64,000 nucleotides of DNA from a virus: the IMG/VR virus record IMGVR_UViG_3300021961_000021; one strand, given 5' to 3'. Positions 45,610 to 55,621 of this stretch are shown here, one piece after another. Numbering within the stretch: the stretch's first letter is position 1; the number at the start of each line of letters is the position of its first letter. The notes under the pieces were generated by a model. That model had not been told where the DNA came from and did not search any database. It saw only the letters and a program-made list of their open reading frames with translations. The position numbers and the translations under genes were made by a program.

Positions 45610-46115
45610 CGATCACCATCAGCGCGTTCTTCAGAACGTGTAACGGTGAATTCACCTTCTGGATACCTAGCAGCGAGTTTCATAGTATTGCGGAAGAATA
45701 CATCTTCAAATCGAAGATCGAGAGCAATGCAGGCTTGAGCAGCATACCAAAGAATGTCGCCCAGTTCTGTAGTCAGATGATCTTTGACATCATCATTCCA
45801 AGGTTTGCCTTGGAATTTAATCTTCTTAACCAGTTCCATAAACTCACCACTTTCAGCAACAAGACCTGAGGCAGCAGTATCCAATCGTTCAATCTTACAT
45901 CCTTGCTTATTCAGTTCTGCGTACCTGTTGACCAGTGCACCAAAATCCTTGGAAGGATCGCTAGTTACCATATCGACAAACTCAATATATTTATCAAGGT
46001 CGATTTCTAGTTGTTCTTGGCGCTGCTGTTTATCAACAAGTTTTTTTGCTGACGGTGTGGTGAACCCAGGATTATTAATGCCTTCGGGGATACCTTCTAC
46101 ATTAGGGATAGTCAT
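45606..46115 (-). CDS. mazG: MazG-like nucleotide pyrophosphohydrolase
   Basis: GL.AESGEF.E.VKK..FQGK...ELGDI.WY.AQAC...N..KL..RYP. Confidence 0.92.
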   Translation of the reverse strand: MTIPNVEGIPEGINNPGFTTPSAKKLVDKQQRQEQLEIDLDKYIEFVDMVTSDPSKDFGALVNRYAELNKQGCKIERLDTAASGLVAESGEFMELVKKIKFQGKPWNDDVKDHLTTELGDILWYAAQACIALDLRFEDVFFRNTMKLAARYPEGEFTVTRSEERADGDR

Positions 46116-46117
46116 AG

Positions 46118-47497
46118 TTAAATCTTGAATTCATCGAAGTTTTTTTTGTTACCAAAGACGTTGACAATCTCAACATCCTTGTCATCGTCACGACCAGCAT
46201 CAACAATGTTCAACTGTTCGTCACAATCATACAGTCGCATTTTGGATCTGTCAATACCAACAACAAATCGTTTGTTCATTGTGGGATCATTGTATCTATT
46301 CTTGAGTTGTTTAATCATAATCTGACCTGCCTGCTCTAAGTCTTCCGATGAGATAAGAGCAAACATAAAGTCTGCAGTAGCAGGAAGACCAAAAGATTCT
46401 GAAGTATCGGTCAGTTCCACATCTGAGTTCCCATAACCACTTCTAGTAGTTTGAGTAGCGGATATGATAGGAACGTTGCACTCCCCAGCAAGACCACGGA
46501 GTTCTTCAGCGATTGCTTTAACATAAGTGTAAGAGTTTACAATGGCACCTTTGTATCGTGCAGAGGCACAAATATTCAGGTAGTCTACAAATATAACATC
46601 AGGAACAAAAGATTTTTTGATCGCCAGTTCCTGCAGCAATGATTTGAAATGTCCAACGTGAGCAGATGCAGTCGGATATTCTTTGATCACAAGTCTACCC
46701 TGAGTCTTTTCACTCAGTTTAGTGATCTTGTTATCGAACATCATCTTAGGTAGAGTTGCCAACTGCTGAACAGACACATCCAGAAGGTTTGCGTCAATAC
46801 GTTCGGCAATCTTTTCCTCTGCCATCTCCAGTGTGATGTAGAGAACGTTGTACCCCATCATCAAATGTGATGCGGCAACGTGACACATAAACAGACTCTT
46901 ACCAACACCAGTACCTGCAAGTCCAATGTTAAGGGTCTTCCTACCAAGACCACCCTTGGTAATCTTATTCAACAACTCAATATCGAATGGAATCTTTTCT
47001 TCCACCCGATGATAAAATTCAAATCGCTCATCGGCATCATAAATGTAATCGTGACCGATCGAATTATCAAAACTCACTGCAAGAGCATCCGACAAAATTG
47101 ACGGGATAGAATCTCGTGTGCGTTTTGTATCATTGCCGTCAGCAATTTGAATAGACTCAAGCAATGCATTATAGATTGCTCGGTCACGACACCACTTCTC
47201 AGTAGTGTCAATCAACCATTTCAATTCGTGAGGTTCTTCATCGGATGTACGAATCAAATTTACAAGAGTATTGTACTGATCCGCAGTCAGATCTCTACGT
47301 GTCTCAAGTTCAATGCACAATGCTTCCCGTGTAGGGAGGGCATCATACTCAATAAAATACTTTCTGACTTCATCAAAGAGAACCTTATTAGATCCGTCTT
47401 CAAAGTATTCATCTTGAATATGAGGTAGAACTCTACGAACAAATCCCTCATTAAAAATGAAAGAGTTGACTACAAGAGTTTCTACTGAACTAGACAT
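46118..47497 (-). CDS. g41: Replicative helicase gp41
   Basis: LAGTGVGKS, TLEMAEE, IKEYPT, DYLNIC, TATQT.R and SESFGLPATAD. Confidence 0.97.
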   Translation of the reverse strand: MSSSVETLVVNSFIFNEGFVRRVLPHIQDEYFEDGSNKVLFDEVRKYFIEYDALPTREALCIELETRRDLTADQYNTLVNLIRTSDEEPHELKWLIDTTEKWCRDRAIYNALLESIQIADGNDTKRTRDSIPSILSDALAVSFDNSIGHDYIYDADERFEFYHRVEEKIPFDIELLNKITKGGLGRKTLNIGLAGTGVGKSLFMCHVAASHLMMGYNVLYITLEMAEEKIAERIDANLLDVSVQQLATLPKMMFDNKITKLSEKTQGRLVIKEYPTASAHVGHFKSLLQELAIKKSFVPDVIFVDYLNICASARYKGAIVNSYTYVKAIAEELRGLAGECNVPIISATQTTRSGYGNSDVELTDTSESFGLPATADFMFALISSEDLEQAGQIMIKQLKNRYNDPTMNKRFVVGIDRSKMRLYDCDEQLNIVDAGRDDDKDVEIVNVFGNKKNFDEFKI

Positions 47498-48092
47498 AAT
47501 GGGTGTAAGTGCTAACTATGTACTTATCATTTGAGGTAGTTGGTCTTCCTTTATGTGGAAAGCACCACAGCGGAGGGAAGATAATCATTCTACCAGATTT
47601 TGGTTTGATTGTCGGACCATTGTGAAAGACTGTTTCACCTCCTTCAGATACATCATTTAGATACCAGAAGATTGAGAGAAACCGTTTTGCACTAGCGTGG
47701 TCACCAACATCAACGTGAAGATCGAATCTATCATCTGTTCCTGCCCGATACTTCTTGATTCTAAATTGTTCAAGTTGCGATCTTTCGGGAAAGAACTGAC
47801 GACATTCAACATCATCCATATACTTTTGAACCCAGTAGTGGGAGGATTCGATAAGAGCATTCTGAAGAATGCCCATATCTTTCCAGTCCTGATGATGTTC
47901 TTGGTTATCGTCTATCCACTGAGTGACATTAAACTGAGTAAACTTTGGACGACCATTGTGATCCAGTGTTTCTACATCGTGTTCTTCAAATAACCGAATG
48001 GCATTTTTGCAAACATCATCAGGTATTGTGTAGTCGTAAACACGAATGAATTCATTAAGATCCATAACCATACTCTTTCTGTGCACATTCAT
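47490..48092 (-). CDS. 2OG-Fe(II) oxygenase (prolyl-hydroxylase-like)
   Basis: FD.HVD...R.L....YLNDV.EGGET.F, FPP.W..PH.G and KY. Confidence 0.88.
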   Translation of the reverse strand: MNVHRKSMVMDLNEFIRVYDYTIPDDVCKNAIRLFEEHDVETLDHNGRPKFTQFNVTQWIDDNQEHHQDWKDMGILQNALIESSHYWVQKYMDDVECRQFFPERSQLEQFRIKKYRAGTDDRFDLHVDVGDHASAKRFLSIFWYLNDVSEGGETVFHNGPTIKPKSGRMIIFPPLWCFPHKGRPTTSNDKYIVSTYTHYV

Positions 48093-49071
48093 CCAGTGCT
48101 TGCATTACTTCGGGGGTGAAATATTTTTCGGGATCAGCAAGTATAACAGAAGGATAAACGGAAGATTCCCCAACAACGACGCGATTCCCCTTACGGGTGA
48201 ATACTCCGTATTTCTCACCCAGTTCCAGTAATCCGAAATAGCGATCCAATCCGCGTTCATCATAGTACAACCTCGTAGCAACTTTACTGTTCTCTTTAGT
48301 GAGTCGGGATTTCTTCGCCTCACACTTGATAATGTTACCCACTACCTCAGTACCATCCTTCTCCTTAGACTTGCTCAAGAACACAATAGTCGATGCAGCG
48401 TACTTCAGTCCACTACCACCGCCCATTTCTTTGGTTGGCACATAGGCACCCACCACGTCATAGGTGTGGTTGGTAACGATCATAGGAACGTTTGCTTTAC
48501 CCAGTTTCAGAGTGAGCACACGGAAGATTGCTTTGACCACCTGAGCACGGGTCATATCACGAGTCTCTTTACCCGCTTCAGAGTCTTCGATTTCTTTTGT
48601 GGTAGACAACATACCAAGACTATCGAGAACAAACATCAAAGGTTTACGTTCGTCAAGTTTCTGCTCCATATACTTCTCAAGGATCTTGAGAGACTGAGTA
48701 CGAAACTCCTGCACGGTAGTGACAGGAACAATCACCATACGTTTGCTGTCGATATTACGACTCTCGATCATCTCACGAGAGATTGCAGATTCAGACTCAA
48801 AATAAATGACTCCAGCATCAGGATCAGTATCGAGGAAATGACGAACGATACTAAGAGCAAAGAAAGTTTTTCCAGTGCTGCTTTCTCCTGCAAGAGCGGT
48901 GATCTTGTTTGAAGGCAAACCTCCATAAATCGAACCACTAAGTAGGGCATTGAAAATATAGCTGCCACTATCAATGTAAGATGCGATATCTCCAGCAGCA
49001 ATGCCGTCAGAAACCACACCAGCATATTCGTTGCCAATCTCAGAGACAACGTTATTTAGGAAACTGCTCAT
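48055..49071 (-). CDS. uvsX: RecA-like recombinase UvsX
   Basis: [25 protein letters not shown] and [12 protein letters not shown]. Confidence 0.96.
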   Translation of the reverse strand: MSSFLNNVVSEIGNEYAGVVSDGIAAGDIASYIDSGSYIFNALLSGSIYGGLPSNKITALAGESSTGKTFFALSIVRHFLDTDPDAGVIYFESESAISREMIESRNIDSKRMVIVPVTTVQEFRTQSLKILEKYMEQKLDERKPLMFVLDSLGMLSTTKEIEDSEAGKETRDMTRAQVVKAIFRVLTLKLGKANVPMIVTNHTYDVVGAYVPTKEMGGGSGLKYAASTIVFLSKSKEKDGTEVVGNIIKCEAKKSRLTKENSKVATRLYYDERGLDRYFGLLELGEKYGVFTRKGNRVVVGESSVYPSVILADPEKYFTPEVMQALDECAQKEYGYGS

Positions 49072-51545
49072 ACAAATAGATCTTCTAGGGTTGCAATTTT
49101 TTCTGCTCTCCAGTTGATCGTGTCAAGGATTACTTGGAGAGGATCGAGGAAACTCTTCTGGAATTGTAGGTCGTAATCAATGGACTTGTCAAGTCCAAAT
49201 TCTGTTGGAAGAGTTTGGAAGAACGAGATGATGTTCTCGTTAATTTTATTTGGTTGACGAAGATACAGGAACTTGACCTTTTCACCTTCTTGTATCAACG
49301 GATACTTATGGGTGAGTTTGTTCTTCTTGTTATGGAAATTATATAGGAGTGCTCCACGAACTTGCACTGGAGTTGCCTTTGAGTAAATCGTTACTGGATT
49401 TGAATACTTGCTGAGACCGTTGCAACCTCGGGGGAAAGCGATGTCCTCTGGACGAAGAGATTCAAATTTGTTCCTGAAGTTTGCGACGAACTTTTGAACG
49501 TCGGATTCATCACCATTCATAATTACCTTAAGGGCATCCTTAATGGCAGTACGGCAAGCAGCAGGAGTGGATGATTTAACTGCTTCAATACCCATCATTT
49601 TAAGTTTGGGTTCAGTGAACCTCACACCTTCAATGTCCCAGGCATTGAGAATATACCTTTTCTTAGCAGTCCAGATGCCTTTGTTAGCGATGGTCTCTCG
49701 CTTCATAAACATCTTCTGCTCATAGGCATTTACATATCGTGCCAGTTCTTCGTAAGAACTTTCAATATAAGGTTCAAGTTCCATTGAACAGACCTTATCA
49801 AGGAACCCCACAATTTTCTCAGGAGTTTTCTCTCTCCCTTGGTATACACGGTCAACCAGAGGACCCAGGTTGAGATACAGAGAATCGGTATCAGAAGCAA
49901 TAACATAATCAACGGAATCAGTTTTGAGGATTTTATTAAGATGCTGGTTCATCTTATTCTCAATCCAGCGGATTGAAAGTTGACCAGAAAGAGTAATTGC
50001 CTCAGCATTTGCTAGGTTGAAGTACCGAAAATACTGATTACCAATGGCACCATAAGCGGAGTTGAGTTGGATCTTTCGTGCCATCTGAATGTTATTGCAC
50101 CGCGAGATCTCATTCTGAAGTGTTGGATCACCAGTCTCCTCAAACTTCTGCTTAGCAGCGAGCATCTTCTTTTTGTAGATGGTACGATCACTATAGATAC
50201 GCTGCATCATTTCGGGCAAGAATCCGTGAATGTCCTTGCGATACTGTGCACCATTAGCACATACACAATAGTCGTTTGCAATCTGAACATTGCCAGATAG
50301 AAGTTTATCCACCGAAATGCTAGGGAACCTAGAATCAATCAACGTCTCTGGAGAGATGTTGTACTGCATAATCAGGTGAGGATACAGACTATTGAGGTCA
50401 AATGATACGACCCATTCATACAAACCAGGAATGGGTTCTTTCACATATGCGCCAGCATACTTATCATTTTTATCGCTCTCCTGTTTGGGAGGAACACAGA
50501 TCTTGCGTTCTTTAAGGTAGTTGTAGATAAGCGTATCCCACATACGGACCTGTGAATACACATCCTCAAAGTTCACCTTAGCATCATATGCCATAGTGAC
50601 AGCAAGTTCCAACAGTTTCATCTTATGCTCAAGACGATCCACCAGTTCCACGTCGTGCACGTTGTACTCAACAAACTTCTGCCAGTTCTGGGTATAGAAA
50701 GCTTTAAAGTTCTCAAACTCGCTGTGATCCAGTTTGTTGGCATTAAGTTCAACAAATGCAATATGATCCAGTCGATATGATTCTTGATTGCTATAGGTGA
50801 ACTTTTGGTACAAATCAAGATAGTCAAGGATACTAACGCCCAGGATGTCATAGGCAAGATTCTTGCGACCCTTGATATACACCTCACGCATATTTACCTT
50901 GTCCCAAGGAGAAAGTGATTTCATCCACTTCTCACCAAGAACACGCTCAATGCGACGGCAAATGTATGGGATATCGTACAAGTTACAGTTCCATCCAGTC
51001 ACAATGTCAGGGGTATTATCAACCCACCACTTGTGAAAGTCTGCGAGCATTTCATTCTCAGTCCAGAATACACGATATTCAGTATCGAGTTTTGCTTCAC
51101 GAGTTCCCCAGGTAATGAACTTACCAGATGAAAGATCCTTGATAGTAATAAGAAGCATCTCTTCCTGACACGCCTCAGTATCAGGGAATCCATTCTCGCA
51201 AGCAACCTCAATGTCGATCGTATAGATCTTCATATCCTTGAGATTAAATCTCAGGTCACCAGAATACTTCTCGCTGATCCATTGATATACGAATCGTTCA
51301 TAACCGTGAACTTCAAATCCATCAACGTCCTTATACTTCTCAATGAACTCACGAGCACGACGAGCACCATCCTGAACAACAGGTGCCATCGGTTTACCCT
51401 CAAGAGTCTTCCAGTCACCCTTAGGAGAAGGAACAAACAGAACTGGTTTAATAATCTCCTTATATGAAATGGGCGATCCATTCTCATACCCACGGCAAAG
51501 AATGGCATCGCCCAACAGTGTAACATTCGTGTAATAACTACTCAC
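49068..51545 (-). CDS. g43: Family B DNA polymerase gp43
   Basis: DIEV exonuclease motif, [24 protein letters not shown] and KKRY. Confidence 0.98.
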   Translation of the reverse strand: MSSYYTNVTLLGDAILCRGYENGSPISYKEIIKPVLFVPSPKGDWKTLEGKPMAPVVQDGARRAREFIEKYKDVDGFEVHGYERFVYQWISEKYSGDLRFNLKDMKIYTIDIEVACENGFPDTEACQEEMLLITIKDLSSGKFITWGTREAKLDTEYRVFWTENEMLADFHKWWVDNTPDIVTGWNCNLYDIPYICRRIERVLGEKWMKSLSPWDKVNMREVYIKGRKNLAYDILGVSILDYLDLYQKFTYSNQESYRLDHIAFVELNANKLDHSEFENFKAFYTQNWQKFVEYNVHDVELVDRLEHKMKLLELAVTMAYDAKVNFEDVYSQVRMWDTLIYNYLKERKICVPPKQESDKNDKYAGAYVKEPIPGLYEWVVSFDLNSLYPHLIMQYNISPETLIDSRFPSISVDKLLSGNVQIANDYCVCANGAQYRKDIHGFLPEMMQRIYSDRTIYKKKMLAAKQKFEETGDPTLQNEISRCNNIQMARKIQLNSAYGAIGNQYFRYFNLANAEAITLSGQLSIRWIENKMNQHLNKILKTDSVDYVIASDTDSLYLNLGPLVDRVYQGREKTPEKIVGFLDKVCSMELEPYIESSYEELARYVNAYEQKMFMKRETIANKGIWTAKKRYILNAWDIEGVRFTEPKLKMMGIEAVKSSTPAACRTAIKDALKVIMNGDESDVQKFVANFRNKFESLRPEDIAFPRGCNGLSKYSNPVTIYSKATPVQVRGALLYNFHNKKNKLTHKYPLIQEGEKVKFLYLRQPNKINENIISFFQTLPTEFGLDKSIDYDLQFQKSFLDPLQVILDTINWRAEKIATLEDLFV

Positions 51546-51778
51546 AGATTCTTCTTGTACCTAACGATGGTTTCTTGTGACGGTTCCACTATAGTAAGAA
51601 TGACATCACTTGTCAAGAAAATATCTCGTTGATCTGTGTAGAGGGGGAAAGGTATGATCGTATCATCACCTAGTTTTACACAGGACTGAACAAGGTACAT
51701 CGGTTCCTCATCGAGTTCAACTACCTCCCCCATCAGATGTGTTTGATCCTTCAGAATCACGATTTTCAATGGATTCAT
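51542..51778 (-). CDS. Hypothetical protein
   Basis: 78-aa ORF coupled to g43. Confidence 0.6.
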   Translation of the reverse strand: MNPLKIVILKDQTHLMGEVVELDEEPMYLVQSCVKLGDDTIIPFPLYTDQRDIFLTSDVILTIVEPSQETIVRYKKNL

Positions 51779-52121
51779 TGTGGTGTACCTCTGTTAGTTT
51801 TTCCCATTTTGATTTTACTTCTGGATGCGGTTCGTAAATTGTAACCACTTGACTGACCTGAACCAGTGTTCTGTTATCTACTGATAGAGGAATCCAAGGA
51901 AACAATTCCAAATTTAGATCGTTGATTTTCTGAGGTTCATCAGTGGCACCAGACTCAAACAGCATTTCTGCTGTAGCAGTAAGTGTAATCTGATATGGAT
52001 TGATCAGAAAATATCCAATAGGACTATAAGATTCTTGAGTTGGAAATGCTTCTCTAACGTCAGCAATTACATCTTCACCATTTCCGAGTCTTACGATTTT
52101 TACGGTCATAGTTTTTCTCAA
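51717..52121 (-). CDS. Conserved hypothetical protein
   Basis: VKIVRL..GEDVIAD...L.PWIPLS...V.T.YEPH; similar to the ORF at 60976. Confidence 0.65.
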   Translation of the reverse strand: MRKTMTVKIVRLGNGEDVIADVREAFPTQESYSPIGYFLINPYQITLTATAEMLFESGATDEPQKINDLNLELFPWIPLSVDNRTLVQVSQVVTIYEPHPEVKSKWEKLTEVHHNESIENRDSEGSNTSDGGGS

Positions 52122-52320
52122 TTAATTTGTAATAAACACCGCGAACGAGATCAACGAATGCTTTTCTAGTAGTAATGTTTTTCTCATCTGCTAACAGACG
52201 AGACAAGTATAGCATTTCCTCAACGTGTTCCGTAGGAACATCAAGAGTAATACTTTCATAATCTTCACACAGTCTAGGTGTGCAATTGACATAATGATTC
52301 ATAGAAAAATCCCTCAACAA
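52075..52320 (-). CDS. Hypothetical protein
   Basis: 81-aa ORF; real start probably MNHYVN. Confidence 0.5.
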   Translation of the reverse strand: MLRDFSMNHYVNCTPRLCEDYESITLDVPTEHVEEMLYLSRLLADEKNITTRKAFVDLVRGVYYKLIEKNYDRKNRKTRKW

Positions 52321-52346
52321 AAAGAGACCCCCAGTGGGAGTCTCTT
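52320..52346 (-). terminator. Terminator
   Basis: AGAGACTCCC-ACT-GGGGGTCTCT followed by a T run. Confidence 0.7.
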
Positions 52347-52372
52347 CGATTGTATTTTATTTATACAATCTA

Positions 52373-52750
52373 TCAGAAGGAATAACGAACTTTGAGTTCG
52401 CCACCGAGATCGGTAACCTTGGAAAGATTACCATACTCACCAGTAACCTTGGCAGCAACACCAACGTTCTTGGCAACCTTAGCCTTTACGCCAACTTCAG
52501 CAACAGCAACTTCTTCGTTTTTAGTTTTACCAGTGTTCCACTCGTAACCAGGGCCAATCTCACCATAAACGGTGACACCCTTAGCAACTTTCTCTTCATA
52601 ACCAATACGAAGTTCGGTTTGAGCACCTTTGTAAGTGCTGTCACCGTTGGCAAAAGCAACACCAGAAGTAGTTTTGCTTTCAACGTAAGGACCAGCAAGG
52701 GCAGGAGCTGCCATCAGGGGAAGGGCAGCAAGAGCGATTGCGAATTTCAT
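52373..52750 (-). CDS. Small secreted outer-membrane beta-barrel-like protein
   Basis: Signal peptide ending ALA-GPYV, alternating beta strands, C-terminal VRYSF. Confidence 0.7.
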   Translation of the reverse strand: MKFAIALAALPLMAAPALAGPYVESKTTSGVAFANGDSTYKGAQTELRIGYEEKVAKGVTVYGEIGPGYEWNTGKTKNEEVAVAEVGVKAKVAKNVGVAAKVTGEYGNLSKVTDLGGELKVRYSF

Positions 52751-52777
52751 AAAAGTTTTATGCGATTTACAGTGTCT

Positions 52778-52812
52778 TAAAAAAAGACCTCTACAATCTA
52801 GCAGAGGTCTCG
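52778..52812 (-). terminator. Terminator between the two OMP-like genes
   Basis: GAGACCTCT...AGAGGTCTT followed by a T run. Confidence 0.7.
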
Positions 52813-52840
52813 GATTTTGTCGTTAAGGTTTAGTTAATGA

Positions 52841-53215
52841 TCAGAAGGTGTACTTTACGCCAGCCTTCACGTTGGTCAGGAGGTTATCAACCTCAAAACC
52901 GTTGGTGGTCGAACCCCACACTTCACCGTAGATACCCAGACTATCGGTAGCGGCAATGTTGATGCCGACCTTACCAGACAGTTCAACTTCGCTATCGCCA
53001 CCATCGGGAAGCACGAAGTTGGGACCGAGTTGAGCATAACCAGTCACGTTACCACCCAGAGCACCTTCGACGCCCAGGTGAGTTTCAATGGTGCTACCAC
53101 CATAGTTGCTACCAGCGAAACCTGAATTGGATTCAGCGTTAACGTAGGGTCCTGCCATTGCAGCACCAGCGAAAAGGGGAGCAGCAGCGAGTGCTGCGAA
53201 TGCGGATTTAATCAT
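52841..53215 (-). CDS. Small secreted outer-membrane beta-barrel-like protein (paralog)
   Basis: Signal peptide ending AMA-GPYV; C-terminal GVKYTF. Confidence 0.7.
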   Translation of the reverse strand: MIKSAFAALAAAPLFAGAAMAGPYVNAESNSGFAGSNYGGSTIETHLGVEGALGGNVTGYAQLGPNFVLPDGGDSEVELSGKVGINIAATDSLGIYGEVWGSTTNGFEVDNLLTNVKAGVKYTF

Positions 53216-53366
53216 TTTAGATACCTCGTTATTTTCTCGCAGAATAATATACCTGCGGATGTAAAGAGACTCGACTTGTCTCTGTTTAGTTCACGTCACT
53301 AGGCGAGTAGTTGAGGCTTCGTTTCGATCACTTATTTATAATACCAAGAATCACCTGTCTTGTCAA
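53216..53366 (-). promoter_or_regulatory. Hybrid sigma70/late promoter and structured 5' UTR of OMP-like gene
   Basis: TTGACA(53361-66)-17-TATTAT(53338-43) overlapping TAAATA(53333-38). UTR hairpins AGAGAC/GTCTCT and CGCAGG/TCTGCG. Confidence 0.7.
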
Positions 53367-53818
53367 GAGATTTCGTAGACCTTTTTCTTTTGATGGTCTG
53401 GAATGACTTTCTCAAGTGAGATGGTCAGCATACCATTTGAAAACTGAACGTCTTTAACAATCACATCATCAGCAATATTGAACCCTCTGGTGAAGGATCT
53501 ATTTGCTACTCCACGATGTAGATACTGAGCATCTTGTTCTGGTTGTGACTTAATAGATTCAATAATAAGGATATTGGATTCAGTAGTTACACTGATGTCA
53601 TCCTTATCCCATCCAGCAAGTGCCATCTCAATTCTCCATTCGGTATTTGAATCTTTAATCAAATTATATGGAGGATAGGAACCGCCAGGATGATTGGTGC
53701 CATATGAGTGCAGACGATTGAATACATCGTCCAGTCCTACACTATATCGAGTGACAGCATCCCTGATGCTATCAAGATCTTTCGTAGTGTAACGAACAAT
53801 TTGATCGACGTTGGTCAT
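53363..53818 (-). CDS. hsp20: Small heat-shock protein Hsp20
   Basis: YPPYNL, IE.ALAG, YLHRGVA.RSF.R.F and NGML.I.L. Start at MTNVDQ with AAGGAG SD. Confidence 0.95.
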   Translation of the reverse strand: MTNVDQIVRYTTKDLDSIRDAVTRYSVGLDDVFNRLHSYGTNHPGGSYPPYNLIKDSNTEWRIEMALAGWDKDDISVTTESNILIIESIKSQPEQDAQYLHRGVANRSFTRGFNIADDVIVKDVQFSNGMLTISLEKVIPDHQKKKVYEIS

Positions 53819-53845
53819 TGTAGTTCTCCTTAAAAAGCGAGATTC

Positions 53846-53880
53846 GTTGTGTGGTCCCCGAAGGCAACCGATAATATTTA
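53846..53880 (-). promoter_or_regulatory. hsp20 late promoter, UUCG hairpin and ACACAAC
   Basis: TAAATA(53875-80), GGTTGCC-TTCG-GGGACC, then ACACAAC. Confidence 0.65.
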
Positions 53881-53964
53881 ACAAAATTACTTCCAAGTTG
53901 CAACTACGGTTATCCACACCAGTAAACATTTTCATAAATAGGATCGTAGTGTACTTACGAAGGA

Positions 53965-54444
53965 ATGAAAAAACTTATTCCTCTCGTTATGTTACTGATG
54001 ACGGCACCTGCATATGCCGATGTTACACATAAACTGTCAACTTCAGTTCAATTAACTGTTGATGCTGCTGCTTCACAAGCAACCCGTATTGGTTCAACTT
54101 ATTCGGTAAGTGGCAACAACCTGACCATTACAACGGAGGGTGGACTTGGTTCACTTACTTCTGGTACTGCAGTTGGTTACACTCCAACCGACTATACAGC
54201 ACCAAGCACAGCATTCACATTTACAGAATCTTTCATTCAGGGAGATAACGTCCCAACAGGAACAACCGTTACTAGCGGAGTCGTTGGTTCGCTTCCCGCA
54301 TATGGAAACGTTACGACCACTGCTGGTGGGGTGGCTGGTTCTCTCGCTGGCACTATCACTACAGCTGGGGCGGTATCGCTAACTGCTGGTGGGGCAGGTA
54401 CAAGTGCAACAGGGCAATTCGTGACAGAAATCACTGTCAAGTAA
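53965..54444 (+). CDS. Secreted Thr/Gly-rich beta protein
   Basis: Signal peptide AYA-DVTHKL..SVQL.V. Late promoter at 53935 on the plus strand. Confidence 0.75.
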   Translation: MKKLIPLVMLLMTAPAYADVTHKLSTSVQLTVDAAASQATRIGSTYSVSGNNLTITTEGGLGSLTSGTAVGYTPTDYTAPSTAFTFTESFIQGDNVPTGTTVTSGVVGSLPAYGNVTTTAGGVAGSLAGTITTAGAVSLTAGGAGTSATGQFVTEITVK

Positions 54445-54455
54445 GTTGTATAGAT

Positions 54456-54872
54456 ATGAAGAGAATACTTCTTGTGGTACTACTATCGGGATCGCCCGCT
54501 ATGGCGGTCCCAGTTGTTCCTAACTTTACTCAAGGAACATTAACTTCCACAACGACAACTAAATCAGTTGTCACTGAAACGATCAACTCCCGTGATTATA
54601 GAACAGGATGGGAATACACAATTACAGGTACGAACATTACGAATGGTGGGGCGAAAGTAAATCCATCCACAACAGTAACGTCAACCACGACAACAGGAAC
54701 TCAATCCGCTCTGGATCTAAATTCACTTGGAAACTACACAATCCAAGACGCAACAAAATCCTGGCAGTTTACACAGACATATTCTGGTCCAGGTTTAGTA
54801 AACGAAACTATAATTCAAAGATCAACAGAAATAGAATCGGTCACAGAATCGGTGTCAGTATTCTCGCAGTAG
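54456..54872 (+). CDS. Secreted Thr-rich protein
   Basis: Signal peptide AMA-VPVVPNFTQG...FQF.ETY.GPGL-like motif (here WQFTQTYSGPGL). Confidence 0.75.
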   Translation: MKRILLVVLLSGSPAMAVPVVPNFTQGTLTSTTTTKSVVTETINSRDYRTGWEYTITGTNITNGGAKVNPSTTVTSTTTTGTQSALDLNSLGNYTIQDATKSWQFTQTYSGPGLVNETIIQRSTEIESVTESVSVFSQ

Positions 54873-55621
54873 GTCTTTATGGACTGCCCGCATATGCTCA
54901 GGATGTTGGGGGTGTATCTGCTACTGCTGCTCCTGTTGCTAATAGCAGTGGCAGCGTTACCAACCAGGCGATCCAGGTCTTACAGGGTCCGTATATTACA
55001 AATACCTACGGGGGTGGTGTATCCTGCCAAGGTCCAACGTTAAATATCACACCATTCATCACAGATAGCAAATCTAGGCAAGTACCCTACGAACAATATT
55101 ATAACGATCCAGTCTATGATATGAGAGATCTGGATGATGATGGTGCACCAGATAACCCTGGCAATGTTCTATTCTACAAGCCAATCAGAACTGGTCAGAA
55201 AGATAGTTTATCTTTCAACTACGGTCTATCAGCAACCATATCAATACCACTGGACTTCAGTCTACAGAGTAAATGTAGGGCAGCTGCTGATGCTCAGACA
55301 AAAATGCAAAACCAATTAATTGCTAACAAGAGATTGGATTTTGAGATTGCTCGTTTAAAGAACTGTGGTGAACTGATGAAACAAGGTATTATGTTTCACC
55401 CAAAGTCACCATACTATGCAATCTGTGCAGATGTGGTATTAGTCACTCCTAAGATACCCGTAGCGAATCACACGCACACTATTTCAGTCCCCGCTTCAAC
55501 TGCTTCAAAGACTTCGTTAAATCCGACACAGCGCGGTTCCGATCCCTCTGAGACAGGATACGTTCCCTTACACTCTCACGGGGCGGTTCCTTCCCCCGTG
55601 CCTTCTGCAACTTCGCAATAA
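54608..55621 (+). CDS. Secreted/envelope protein, start uncertain
   Basis: AYA-QDVGGVSATA.P.ANSSGSVTNQAIQV, CQG.TLN.TP and RL.FE..RLK.CG..M..GI.F. Confidence 0.7.
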   Translation: MGIHNYRYEHYEWWGESKSIHNSNVNHDNRNSIRSGSKFTWKLHNPRRNKILAVYTDIFWSRFSKRNYNSKINRNRIGHRIGVSILAVGLYGLPAYAQDVGGVSATAAPVANSSGSVTNQAIQVLQGPYITNTYGGGVSCQGPTLNITPFITDSKSRQVPYEQYYNDPVYDMRDLDDDGAPDNPGNVLFYKPIRTGQKDSLSFNYGLSATISIPLDFSLQSKCRAAADAQTKMQNQLIANKRLDFEIARLKNCGELMKQGIMFHPKSPYYAICADVVLVTPKIPVANHTHTISVPASTASKTSLNPTQRGSDPSETGYVPLHSHGAVPSPVPSATSQ

